51,066 nt of DNA from Parcubacteria group bacterium GW2011_GWD2_38_11 (GCA_000992325.1 LBTZ01000022.1:1-51066); one strand, 5' to 3'. Counted from the first letter of the stretch, positions 30,595 to 40,308 are shown. Made by a program: numbers and translations. The notes: generated by a model not told the origin, from the sequence alone.

Positions 30595-30996
30595 ATGCAT
30601 CAAGATAAAAAAAGAGAAGAACGTCAGCAAAAGGAAGAATTTGAACAACTTCAGCAAGAAGAATCTTTTGAGCAAGAAGAAGTTCAACAAAGCACACAAG
30701 ATGAAAATATTGAGGAAAAAGAAAAATTGCAACCAATTGAAAACGAAATGGAGCGTGCAAAAAAGAGAAGACGAGAGGTTGTTTTTGAAATGGCATTATT
30801 TTTTGTGCTAGGCGTTCTCCTTGGGGTTACAATGAAAACAGAAGCGATAAAAAAAATTACAATTGGTTTCAATGATTATCAAATAAGTAAACCACTGGAG
30901 AGTTATAACATTGCTGATTTGAAGAAAAAGCTTGATGATCAAATTGCAGAGCAGCAGCAGATGCAACTGGAGAGTCAAAATCAGCCGCAACAATAA
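30595..30996 (+). CDS. hypothetical single-pass membrane protein with E/Q-rich N-terminus
   Basis: ORF with one TM segment; start uncertain. Confidence 0.65.
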   Translation: MHQDKKREERQQKEEFEQLQQEESFEQEEVQQSTQDENIEEKEKLQPIENEMERAKKRRREVVFEMALFFVLGVLLGVTMKTEAIKKITIGFNDYQISKPLESYNIADLKKKLDDQIAEQQQMQLESQNQPQQ

Positions 30997-31045
30997 AATC
31001 ACAAAAAGACATAATCAGTAACTTGTAACTAATCACTAAAACAAT

Positions 31046-32130
31046 ATGGAAGAAGAAAAAAAGGAAATCAACAATGCTTCTATAGGGGAGGTTGTTGAGG
31101 AAAAAGAAGTTGAAGAAACAGAAGAAGAAAAAAAGGATAAAAAAATTAAAAATTTGATTTCAGCAGTGATTTTGCTTGCCGGTTTGTTTGGAGGTAGCTT
31201 GTTTGTGGATGCAATTCAAATGGCGAGAGGTGGTGGTTTCTCTCAGCGCGTACTTAACGAGGCAGATGTTTTTGCAACAAATGGAAAAACTTGGGTTGCT
31301 TTGTGAAAGTCCAAGTGATTTCTGATGACACCTGCGAAGCTTGTGCTCCAGATGAGGTGCTTGTTGGTCTTAAGCAGGCATTGCCAACAATGCAAAATGA
31401 AAAAATAGATGCAAATTCGGCTCAGGGTCAAAAACTTATTACTGAGTTTAAAATCAAAACAATTCCAGCTTTTGTTTTTTCTAAGGAAATTGAAAAGACT
31501 GAATTATTTGCAAAGGCGCAGCCATTTTTGGATAAGCAAAATAGTGGGTATGCGATAAAATCAGCAGAGGCTGGATTTCCAGTTGGAAAATATGTTTCAG
31601 CCCCACAGATTTCAGATAAAGACATTTCTTTTGGCTCAAGTGATGCAAAAGTGAAGGTTGTTACTTTTGGTAATTTTCAAAATCCAGAGGACAAGCAGCT
31701 TTATCAGACGGTGATTGCTCCAATGCTTAAAGATTATGGTGAAAAAATTCAATTTTCTTTCAAAAACTATCTTCCACCAACATCTGCTCAGGCAATGAGC
31801 GCCGCGCTGGCTGGGTTATGTGCCAACGAACAAGGAAAATTTTTGGAATATGCTGACAAGCTTTTTGCAACGCAAGCTGTTTGGGGAAAAGCTAAGGATG
31901 CAGCTCCTTTACTAAAAACATATGCGAATACTGTTGGGTTGAATGCTGCTGATTTTGGAAAATGTCTTGATAGTAAAAAATATCAGGATTCCATAACTGC
32001 GACTCTTACTGATGGTCAGAGTTTTGGCATCGCTGCAACTCCGGCAATATTCATTGATAATGAGCTTGAAATAGGCGCTGTAAAATACGAAGATATTAAA
32101 AAGAATATTGATCAACAACTTGAGAAATAA
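31046..32130 (+). pseudogene. DsbA/thioredoxin-fold membrane protein split by a frameshift at ~31303
   Basis: TM ORF 31046-31306 overlaps ORF 31291-32130 carrying CEAC and a DsbA-like domain (GI.ATP). Confidence 0.7.
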
Positions 32131-32571
32131 TGCAACCAATCGTATCTTCTTGGTTGAATATTTTGTTAGCTACATAGATTTCAAAAAAACTCACGCACAC
32201 ATTTAATTATGGCGTGGGTTTTTTGAAAATTTAATGACTGTGTATAAGTTGGCAGGTATCTTTTCGTTGCATAACTTTTCATATTGATGTATAATATTTG
32301 CATAGGGGGTTTTCTTTTGATATTTGGTCTTATGATGATTAGATACATCATAATCGCTTGTGTTGTTACGTTTTATTTTAAAAAAAATATAACAGAGGCG
32401 GTCAAAATTTTTCGCAGCAGCAAAACTTATAGCTCGCTTATTATTGGCGCTGAAAATTTTGTTAGTTTAATTGCTGAAAAAAGGGTTTGGTTTGTATTGC
32501 CAAACAAATTAATAATGTAAAACTCATTTGATTTTTTCTGATGGGTTTTTTAAATTTTAAAAAAAAATAAA

Positions 32572-34767
32572 ATGAAAAAAAATCAAAAGTTTGGTTTTAT
32601 TGCAATACTCGTACTGCTAGCGAGTTTTGCATCAAGTGCCTCAGCCACCTATAGTCTGCCAGCTGATCGCAGTGTAACTTGGCAGGGTAATGTGGGTGTT
32701 TCGGGGGATATTCCAAATAGAACTACCGTGTGCAAAACGCTGAGTCCTTCTGGGGGCGACGATGCGGCTGCCATTCAAAGTGCGATTACTGCCTGTCCAG
32801 CGGAACAAGTTGTCAAATTGAATGCGGGAACATTTATCGTAAAGAGTCAAATAAAGTTGAAATCTAAAATTACCCTAAAAGGAGAAGGTATGGGTAAAAC
32901 TATTATCAAAGGTGCTGCTGGTATGACTGGTAAATCCGTCCTAACTATTGGAACTGGATGGTCATTTGGAACACCATTTAATATAAAAAGTGGCCTGTCA
33001 AAAGGCTCGGTTGTCATAACTGTTGCAGCTCCCCATAATTGGGTTGTTGGCGATGTCATAGTTGTTGATCAATTAAATAATCCATTGGGTGATCCTCCTG
33101 TGACAAATGTTGGTAATGGACCGAGTGTTCCAAATTGGACAGGAAGATCTGGAGGAACTCGTTCGCTAGGACAGATGATAAAAGTCACAAAGGTTCCGAC
33201 TACAACCTCTGCAGAATTGGAAATTCCTCTGTATTGGAATTATAATTCTAGCCTGTCCCCACAGGCGACCAAAATCAGTGGCTTAATTCAGAAGGCTGGT
33301 GTGGAGGATTTGACGGTTGATAATAATGATAGTGCAAACATTGGTCAAACTGATGCTAGTGGAGGAACAATAACGATCAATGCGGCTGAAAACTCTTGGC
33401 TTTATCGAGTTGAAGGTATAAAATCCTGGGAGTCATTGCTTAGAATTCAAGCTGCTTATCGTAACACCATCAGAAGTTGCAAGTTTCATGAGGTGTCTTC
33501 CAATACTTACATAGCCGAAACTAAACAGCGTGGCTATGGAGTAACTTGGTATTATTTTGCTTCTGGTAATTTGTTTGAGAATAATCAGTTATATCATTTT
33601 GGAGGCAATTTCTTCACAAGCGGGCAATTTTCGGGCAATGTGGTTGCTTATAACTCGATAAAAAATTCAGTTATAGATCCAACCTCTGCAAATTTTACGC
33701 GGCAAATGTTACTCAATCATGGCGCTCATGCAATGATGAATTTGTATGAAAGTAATGATATGGATGCCAGAATTGCATCGGATTTTTATTGGGGCACATC
33801 TAGTCATAATACTTTTTTTCGCAACCGAGTCAAAAACGTGGCTGGAAAAACGGGTGGTGTTTGGCTGGTTGATTTGATAAAAAATTCATATTATTTCAAT
33901 TTTGTTGGAAATGTTTTAGGGGTCGTGGGGGTAGAAACTGCTTATGAACAGGATGGCGTGACACTTACGGGCAAAAAATCAGTTTATCGTTTTGGTTATG
34001 AGCAGGATGGCGACGGCAGTCCTACGGGAAATGATTCAAAAGTAAGGCAGGTTACTCTTCGTCATGCAAATTGGAGCAGTATCACTGATCCTGTTGGTCC
34101 ACTTAAGGGGGCTGCTGGAATTATGTGGAATGGCAGTGATGATCGCACTTTGCCGACATCTTTCTATTTGACAGCTAAACCAACTTGGTGGGGAAATGGT
34201 GCTTGGCCAGCAATTGGTCCTGATCTTAATCCAATGACTAATGATATTCCGGCTATATCATTAAATACTACTCCAATAACTCCAACAACTCCAACCATCC
34301 CAACAACTCCAACTCCAACCCCAACTTCTGTTGGTTGTAATACTCTTACTTTTGTTTCTGGATTTACAAATCCTGTTTCTGTTGACGCTAATGTTACTTA
34401 TAATATGAGTTGTGATTATGGACTCGGAAATATAAATTCAATCAAGGCGAATAATGATTTGGGCAGTTGCTCATTTGCGGGATTTGTGGGAACGGCGGCA
34501 ACCTTCACTTGCAATGCTGGCATCGCTGGAACTCGCGTTAATACTTGTTCTCTAATTTCTGGAACTACAGCCAACACGTGCGCACAAACAAACCAGATCA
34601 ATACTGTGGCAGTTGGCAGTGCTCCTGTCGCTGTTACATATTCCTTAGTAAATTTTACAAATCTTAACAGTGATTGGCTTAAGACTGTAACTTCTCCTGC
34701 AGATGTGAACCAGGATGGAAATGTAAATGCTAGAGACTTGGGAATTATGATGAGTAATTGGAAATAA
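32572..34767 (+). CDS. secreted pectin-lyase-like beta-helix protein with Pro/Thr linker and C-terminal dockerin-like motif
   Basis: signal peptide, DDAAAIQSAI..C....VVKLNAGTF, Asn-rich coils, PT linker, DVNQDGNVNARDLGIMMSNW. Confidence 0.7.
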   Translation: MKKNQKFGFIAILVLLASFASSASATYSLPADRSVTWQGNVGVSGDIPNRTTVCKTLSPSGGDDAAAIQSAITACPAEQVVKLNAGTFIVKSQIKLKSKITLKGEGMGKTIIKGAAGMTGKSVLTIGTGWSFGTPFNIKSGLSKGSVVITVAAPHNWVVGDVIVVDQLNNPLGDPPVTNVGNGPSVPNWTGRSGGTRSLGQMIKVTKVPTTTSAELEIPLYWNYNSSLSPQATKISGLIQKAGVEDLTVDNNDSANIGQTDASGGTITINAAENSWLYRVEGIKSWESLLRIQAAYRNTIRSCKFHEVSSNTYIAETKQRGYGVTWYYFASGNLFENNQLYHFGGNFFTSGQFSGNVVAYNSIKNSVIDPTSANFTRQMLLNHGAHAMMNLYESNDMDARIASDFYWGTSSHNTFFRNRVKNVAGKTGGVWLVDLIKNSYYFNFVGNVLGVVGVETAYEQDGVTLTGKKSVYRFGYEQDGDGSPTGNDSKVRQVTLRHANWSSITDPVGPLKGAAGIMWNGSDDRTLPTSFYLTAKPTWWGNGAWPAIGPDLNPMTNDIPAISLNTTPITPTTPTIPTTPTPTPTSVGCNTLTFVSGFTNPVSVDANVTYNMSCDYGLGNINSIKANNDLGSCSFAGFVGTAATFTCNAGIAGTRVNTCSLISGTTANTCAQTNQINTVAVGSAPVAVTYSLVNFTNLNSDWLKTVTSPADVNQDGNVNARDLGIMMSNWK

Positions 34768-34808
34768 TTTTTCCATAATTAGCAATACAATTTTTTGAAA
34801 AAATAAAT

Positions 34809-35792
34809 ATGAATAATGAAAAAAAACAGCGACCAATCGACAATTTAACCAGTGAGTCATATGGCTGGCTAAAAAAAAGTTGGACAATTGTTAAAAAAAA
34901 TGATCTTCGTTGGTGGCAAACAGCTTTCATTCTTGCATTTTTTGCAGGCCTGTTTATCGCAATTGTTGTGGCCACAAGGTTGCAGATACAAACCAGCTCT
35001 GTGGCTAGTGGTGAGCAAGCAACACTTTCACTATATCCGGCAAACGCATCGGTTGTTGTTGGAGAATCTTTCAGTTCTGATATTATGTTGGACACAATGG
35101 GAAGTAATGTGGTGGCAGCAATGGCTGTTGTTTATTATAATCCTGATATTTTTGAGCTAACTAATTATAGTACTTCGAATTCAATCTTTGCTGCGGGTAA
35201 TGCTTGTGTATATAATGGTAAGCCATGTCAAATTATTAATAATGATCCATCCAGCGGAAAAATTGTTATAACCTTGGCAAAACCGAGACCAGGGGTAAAT
35301 GCTGCTTCGGGTAAAATTGCTACACTGAATTTCAAGGCACTTAAAGCAATTTCAGCTTCTACTATAAAAATTAATTTCACTTCAGTTGGAGAATATGCTG
35401 ATTCAAATGTAATTTTGGATGATGGTAAGGGAACGGATATATTAGCATCAGTAGCAAGCACAACCATAGCTGTTGCATCCCCATTAGTAACTTGTACAAG
35501 TTTTTCATATTCTGATTGGGGAGTGTGCTCTTCTAGTGGAATTCAATCTCGCACTATTGTGTTGGGTGGTCCTGCTGGATGCACTGGTGGAAGCCCTGTT
35601 TTGACACAGTCGTGTTCTTACGTTGAACTGACAACCACTGCCAATACCTGCACCAGTTTTGTATATTCAACTTGGAGTAAGTGTGTGTCTGGTTTTAAAA
35701 CACGCTCTATTAAAAGTAGCCTTCCTGTAGGTTGCACCGGTGGCAATCCTTCGCTGACTATTGCTTGTCCAATAAAAAACGTTAGAAAATAG
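34809..35792 (+). CDS. membrane-anchored cohesin-like domain protein with two Cys-rich TSP1-like repeats
   Basis: TM; VVVGESF...YNPDIF...SGKI.I...GKIATLNFKA; C.SF.YS.W..C....Q.R.....P.GC.GG.P repeats. Confidence 0.7.
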   Translation: MNNEKKQRPIDNLTSESYGWLKKSWTIVKKNDLRWWQTAFILAFFAGLFIAIVVATRLQIQTSSVASGEQATLSLYPANASVVVGESFSSDIMLDTMGSNVVAAMAVVYYNPDIFELTNYSTSNSIFAAGNACVYNGKPCQIINNDPSSGKIVITLAKPRPGVNAASGKIATLNFKALKAISASTIKINFTSVGEYADSNVILDDGKGTDILASVASTTIAVASPLVTCTSFSYSDWGVCSSSGIQSRTIVLGGPAGCTGGSPVLTQSCSYVELTTTANTCTSFVYSTWSKCVSGFKTRSIKSSLPVGCTGGNPSLTIACPIKNVRK

Positions 35793-35811
35793 TTTTTAAT
35801 GAATTTTTCTT

Positions 35812-36378
35812 ATGAAATGTTTTTATGCTACCAAAAAAGCTTTTACGCTCATTGAGCTTTTGATTGCTATTGCAATTATTGGTATTTTAGCCTCGGTTGT
35901 TTTAGTTAGCACAAGCGATGCCCGCAAAAAAGCTAAGGATGTTTCAATTATACAATCCACCTATTCAATGATGTCGGCAGCGAATATTGATGGCGTGGGT
36001 GGTAACTATTCTCCCTGGTTTGCTGGTAGTGATCCGATCCCGGCTAATCGTGGAAATATTAATTCTGTTGCTGATTGTGATTTGTACTTCAATTTGGCAT
36101 ATCAGGCGACAGCAAAGGCGGCATGCAAAAAAATTATAACTGATATAAATGGTTCTGTCGCAAGACCACTATGGGTGGGTTCGTGGGAAACTCCAACTTT
36201 CGGAAAATATTATTCAATCGTGGCTTGGCTTCCAAGCGCTGGAAAATATTATTGCATAGGATCAAATGAAAAAAATTCAAAAGAAACAGTTGCTGATGGT
36301 AGTGGATGTGGTGGCATAGCTAATAAATGGCTATGTCCTGGCTGCCCAGGCGCACTTAAAGCTACTGATGGCAAATAG
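35812..36378 (+). CDS. type IV pilin / pseudopilin
   Basis: class III signal KKA|FTLIELL with hydrophobic helix. Confidence 0.85.
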   Translation: MKCFYATKKAFTLIELLIAIAIIGILASVVLVSTSDARKKAKDVSIIQSTYSMMSAANIDGVGGNYSPWFAGSDPIPANRGNINSVADCDLYFNLAYQATAKAACKKIITDINGSVARPLWVGSWETPTFGKYYSIVAWLPSAGKYYCIGSNEKNSKETVADGSGCGGIANKWLCPGCPGALKATDGK

Positions 36379-36421
36379 TTTTTTTTGATTATTTTTTGTA
36401 GTTTTGCCTTTAGAATAAAAT

Positions 36422-36994
36422 ATGAAATTTTTTTATGTTACTAAAAAAGCTTTTACGCTTATTGAATTATTGATTGTTATTGCAATCATAGGTATTTTAG
36501 CCTCGGTTGTTTTAGTTAGCACAAGCGATGCTCGCAAAAAGGCGAAAGATGCATCTATTTTAAGTTCCGTTCGCTCACTTTATGCTGCAGCGCAGGTTGA
36601 TTCTTTGGCAGCTGGTAATTATTTAAATTGGTACACAATAAATAATCCAACTAGTAATGCTTGTTCAGTTACAACCGAGGCTCAATGCGACAATTATTTT
36701 GGTAGCACATCAAATCCAGCCTCGGCAAGGGCTGCTTGTAAATCTATAGTTAGAAATTCTGGCTTTGATGGAACTCAGCTTGGTGGAGCTCTGTGTATAT
36801 GGTCTCAGAAAGTGCCATTTAGTATTTATACTGATATTCAAATAGGGGCGTGGCTACCAGCGAAAGATCGCTATTATTGCATTGGGTCTAATGGACAAAC
36901 TTCAATGACTGAAACAAAGGATGGTCACGGTTGCAGTGCGGTTCAGCACTGGAGATGTCCTGGCTGCGCGTATGACCCCACTTCGGCGCTTTGA
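36422..36994 (+). CDS. type IV pilin / pseudopilin (tandem paralog)
   Basis: KKA|FTLIELL; near-identical 5' end to the upstream pilin. Confidence 0.85.
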   Translation: MKFFYVTKKAFTLIELLIVIAIIGILASVVLVSTSDARKKAKDASILSSVRSLYAAAQVDSLAAGNYLNWYTINNPTSNACSVTTEAQCDNYFGSTSNPASARAACKSIVRNSGFDGTQLGGALCIWSQKVPFSIYTDIQIGAWLPAKDRYYCIGSNGQTSMTETKDGHGCSAVQHWRCPGCAYDPTSAL

Positions 36995-37028
36995 TCTCGC
37001 TAAGTTTTTGTTGTGTTTTTTTGTGTTC

Positions 37029-37057
37029 TTGACAGGCTTCATCTGAATTGTTAAGAT
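37029..37057 (+). promoter_or_regulatory. sigma70-type promoter
   Basis: TTGACA-17 nt-TAAGAT with upstream TG. Confidence 0.7.
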
Positions 37058-37069
37058 ATTCTTATCTTT

Positions 37070-37159
37070 ATGCAAAAACAACTCCAAAAATTTTATACAT
37101 TTAGCTTCTTTTGGTTTACTGGCCGCCAAGGTCTGTTTGTTTTTGCGAATAATGAATAA
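37070..37159 (+). CDS. putative attenuator leader peptide MQKQLQKFYTFSFFWFTGRQGLFVFANNE
   Basis: 29-aa uORF just after the promoter, 7 Phe + Trp + Tyr, overlaps the antiterminator strand. Confidence 0.5.
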   Translation: MQKQLQKFYTFSFFWFTGRQGLFVFANNE

Positions 37160-37220
37160 ATAAAAAAATTCATTGACCGCAGACATAAGCTGACCTTGAT
37201 GGGTCAGTTTTTTGTTTTTT
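37127..37220 (+). promoter_or_regulatory. antiterminator/terminator switch
   Basis: 37127-37147 pairs 37178-37198 (19/21 incl. G-U), excluding terminator AGCTGACCT-TGAT-GGGTCAGTT-TTTT at 37188-37220. Confidence 0.65.
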
Positions 37221-37274
37221 CAGGGTTAATTGTTTTTTTTAAAATTTAGCAATCTTTCAAAAGGAGGCAGCAAA

Positions 37275-37601
37275 ATGAATGAAGAAAAATCTGGTCTTAT
37301 GGTGTTTGAAGCACTGGGAGTTAATTGTTGTGATTGTGGGTTTAGTTTGACGGGGCACATATTCCAAGGGGGTGCTGAAATTTGCTCAAAAATAGAACAA
37401 GAACTTCGCAAAGGCACTCTGGGTATAGATGTTCAAGCTGAAGAGATTCATTTTGTTTTTGAGGGTGTTAAGATCACTTTTACCGAAAGACCAGAGCGTC
37501 TTTTGGCGATCAAACAGATGTTGCAACCCGAAAGACATCTTAATTTTAAACCCAGTGGCGATTCTAATTACAAAGGTTTTATTTTGATGGCAGGTGATTG
37601 A
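37275..37601 (+). CDS. hypothetical protein (108 aa, CCDC motif)
   Basis: SD AAGGAGG before ATG 37275; terminator downstream. Confidence 0.7.
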   Translation: MNEEKSGLMVFEALGVNCCDCGFSLTGHIFQGGAEICSKIEQELRKGTLGIDVQAEEIHFVFEGVKITFTERPERLLAIKQMLQPERHLNFKPSGDSNYKGFILMAGD

Positions 37602-37635
37602 GGACATTTTTTGCAAATGCAAAAGATAAAGTCAA

Positions 37636-37725
37636 AAAGGGATTCGAAAATTCGAATCCCTTTTAAATTTGAGCTGGAAAAATTTTGAAATTTTAAAGGG
37701 AGTTTTGCGTTGCAAAACTCCCTTT
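37636..37725. terminator. two hairpins between convergent genes
   Basis: AAAAGGGATTCGAA-AA-TTCGAATCCCTTTT and AAAGGGAGTTTTGC-GTT-GCAAAACTCCCTTT. Confidence 0.75.
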
Positions 37726-37727
37726 GG

Positions 37728-38630
37728 CTACTTTTTTTTGAGTGCAAGCATCTGTTCAGATGCCTTGTTCAATTCTTCTTCGATGGGTTTTTCAAGATCC
37801 AGTATATGTGTGGCAATTGTCACGCTAATTGGAATCTTTTTGTATCCATACGCGGGATTTTCAATAGGAACAGCTAGTGCGTGGATATTGTTGATTCCAA
37901 CTTCCAATCTTTTTTTAATGTAATCTGTTTTTCGAACATTTCCTGGTGATGTGTTTTCATATAAGATGATCATTAAAAATTCATCTCCTCCGAAACGACA
38001 ACCAGGCTCCTCCCTGCGCGCAGTTTCGTGAATAGCTCGAGCAACTTCAATGATAGCCCTGTCGCCGCCGTTGCTGTGTCCAAACTCTGAGTTAATATCC
38101 TTTAATTTATCCAAATCGATAAATAAAATGTGGATCTCTCCCTTTGTTCGCTTTGCTTTGGCGGAGTATTGCTTGAGGGTCCTCACGATACCTCTGCGAT
38201 TCAAAAGCCCCGTGAGATGATCTTCCATAATCAACTCCTCAATCGAATACAATTTTTCCAATAGCAAGTCCTTTTCGTTTTCCCAGTTTAGTTCGGCATT
38301 TTTTACTGTCAGGAATTCTTCATTAAGTTTCTTATGCTTATATTCAGATCTTGCTTCTTTTCTGATAAAATTGGTGTAGATAACTGATCCACAAAACAAA
38401 ATTGCCAGAACTGTGACATCCATACTAATGCGTAATTGGTGTATGCTTAATTGACTCACTTGAAGCATCCCTAGGATGTTCATAAAAATAGAATCAAACG
38501 CAAACACTCCACCGCAAGCAGTTATCGACCTGAAAAGCTGACGATGCCAAGAATCTAAGCTGATCCACCAACTATTGGGACCCTTGCCTCCTTTAAAAAT
38601 CATCACATCTTTAATTTTGTTTTTGCTCAC
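37728..38630 (-). CDS. membrane-anchored diguanylate cyclase (GGDEF)
   Basis: two TM helices, coiled coil, DHLTGLLNRR, FIDLDKLKDINSEFGH..GD, RFGGDEF; GTG start with GGAGG SD; TTGACA-17-TATAAA promoter at 38705-38677. Confidence 0.9.
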   Translation of the reverse strand: MSKNKIKDVMIFKGGKGPNSWWISLDSWHRQLFRSITACGGVFAFDSIFMNILGMLQVSQLSIHQLRISMDVTVLAILFCGSVIYTNFIRKEARSEYKHKKLNEEFLTVKNAELNWENEKDLLLEKLYSIEELIMEDHLTGLLNRRGIVRTLKQYSAKAKRTKGEIHILFIDLDKLKDINSEFGHSNGGDRAIIEVARAIHETARREEPGCRFGGDEFLMIILYENTSPGNVRKTDYIKKRLEVGINNIHALAVPIENPAYGYKKIPISVTIATHILDLEKPIEEELNKASEQMLALKKK

Positions 38631-38864
38631 TCAATCCTCCCGATTTGTTAAAGTGCTGTCAAGTTAATGACATCCTTTTATACACCTTGAAAAAGTTATT
38701 GTCAATGATCTTGAATTTTATTCCGCAGGGTTTCGTAGTAACAAGGGTTGACATTTTCGTGGTAATGTTATATACATAAATGAAGTGTATTTATAAATAA
38801 GTTCTTTATTTTTCATATTGTAGTTGGACAATATTTCAATTTTTGTTAAAAGGAGGAGGAAAGA

Positions 38865-39146
38865 ATGAAAAGGACAATGAGAAGAAGCGCTGTGGTTTTG
38901 AGGTCTAAAATTGAAGAATTGTATGCAAATTATCACAGTAACGACAAAGAAAGATGGGACAAATTTAAGGCTTGCATAATAGTAGCCTTAGAATCTGCTT
39001 TGGTTGTTGAAGTCAAACTTAAGGAGGAAATCCGCGAGCTCTTCCTTACTTTGTGGGATGGGGCATCGGGAAGTTGCAGTGTTCAGCAGAGAAGTTTGTG
39101 GAGTGATGTCCAGCTTGAATTGCAGACTTGCGGCATCATCTATTGA
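38865..39146 (+). CDS. hypothetical protein (93 aa)
   Basis: SD AGGAGGAGG; terminator at 39166-39208. Confidence 0.7.
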   Translation: MKRTMRRSAVVLRSKIEELYANYHSNDKERWDKFKACIIVALESALVVEVKLKEEIRELFLTLWDGASGSCSVQQRSLWSDVQLELQTCGIIY

Positions 39147-39330
39147 TGATCTATCGATGATTGCTAAAAACCTTCAAGAAATAATATATTTCTTGAAGGT
39201 TTTTTTTATTATATTAAAATGATGTTTTATTTATTTGAATGTGATATAATAAAATATATATTATTAAATATAAACTCATTCGCTCGGAAATAAAAAAAAC
39301 TAATTTTTATTTTGCTCGCTCATTTTGATT

Positions 39331-39903
39331 ATGAAATTGAACAAAAATACATTTGAAATAATCTTTTTTGCGCGGGGTGGACAGGGAGCAAAGACTGCTT
39401 CTGAGCTTATTGCTCATAGTGCTGTACGCGAAGGAAAGTTTGTGAAAGCTTTTCCATTTTTTGGACCAGAGCGAAGTGGCGCGCCTACTAAAATGTTTTT
39501 GCGCGTCTCCGATAGGCCAATTCGAACGCAGGAGCCCGTCACTGATCCTGATGTTGTGTTGGTGTTGGATGAAACTGTAATGGATTCTCAGGATGTGGCC
39601 AGAAATTTGGACAAACACGAAGTACTCATAGTGAACTCGGCAAATTCCAAAGAAGAAATCAGAAAAAGAGCACCACATTTTGAAGGCTCGATCCATTGTA
39701 TAGACGGTAATGCAATCTCCACGGAAATAATTGGAAAGCCAAATCCAAATATGGTGCTTATTGGACATCTTATAAAGGTTACGGAAATAGTGGCTCTGGA
39801 AAGTGCTGGTGAAATTTTTCGCGAAGTTTTCACGGAAAAAATTGGCAAAGAATTGACTGAAAAAAATATCCGCGCGATGATAGCTGGATACGACTCGCTC
39901 TGA
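39331..39903 (+). CDS. porC: pyruvate:ferredoxin oxidoreductase gamma subunit
   Basis: RGGQGAKT, FPFFGPERSGAP, PDVVLVLD. Confidence 0.92.
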   Translation: MKLNKNTFEIIFFARGGQGAKTASELIAHSAVREGKFVKAFPFFGPERSGAPTKMFLRVSDRPIRTQEPVTDPDVVLVLDETVMDSQDVARNLDKHEVLIVNSANSKEEIRKRAPHFEGSIHCIDGNAISTEIIGKPNPNMVLIGHLIKVTEIVALESAGEIFREVFTEKIGKELTEKNIRAMIAGYDSL

Positions 39904-40026
39904 CGAGCGTAATTTCGAAGTTTGAATTTCGAATTTCGAATAAAATCACAATGAACAAATGTTTAAAACATTAAAAATTCAATCATTGGAAATTCATTCA
40001 AAATTAAAAATTCAAAATTAAAAATT

Positions 40027-40308
40027 ATGGAACGTGGAGGAATTATAAAAAATGATATTTCTAAGTCTCCCAAAACAGGGGATTGGGCATATTCAAAACC
40101 AGAAGTTGATAAGGATAAATGCATTGGCTGTGAAACTTGTGTTCAATATTGTCCAGATGCTTGTATTGAAATGCAAACTCACAACTCACAACTCACAACT
40201 GACAACAAAAAACAAAAAAAAGTTGCTGATATCGATTATGATTTTTGCAAAGGCTGTGGCGTTTGCGCGCAAGTATGCCCAGTCAAAGCAATTTCCATGA
40301 GGAAATAG
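40027..40308 (+). CDS. porD: pyruvate:ferredoxin oxidoreductase delta subunit (2x4Fe-4S)
   Basis: KTGDW, CIGCETC..YCP, DYDFCKGCGVCAQVCP. Confidence 0.92.
   Translation: MERGGIIKNDISKSPKTGDWAYSKPEVDKDKCIGCETCVQYCPDACIEMQTHNSQLTTDNKKQKKVADIDYDFCKGCGVCAQVCPVKAISMRK

Noticed and set aside
32284-32520. 78-aa ORF upstream of the secreted protein
   Set aside because: TTG start, no SD, overlaps the probable promoter/leader region.
34260-34325. ACTCCAAC-type repeats as another invading array
   Set aside because: Period of 6 or 9 nt encodes an ordinary Pro/Thr linker.
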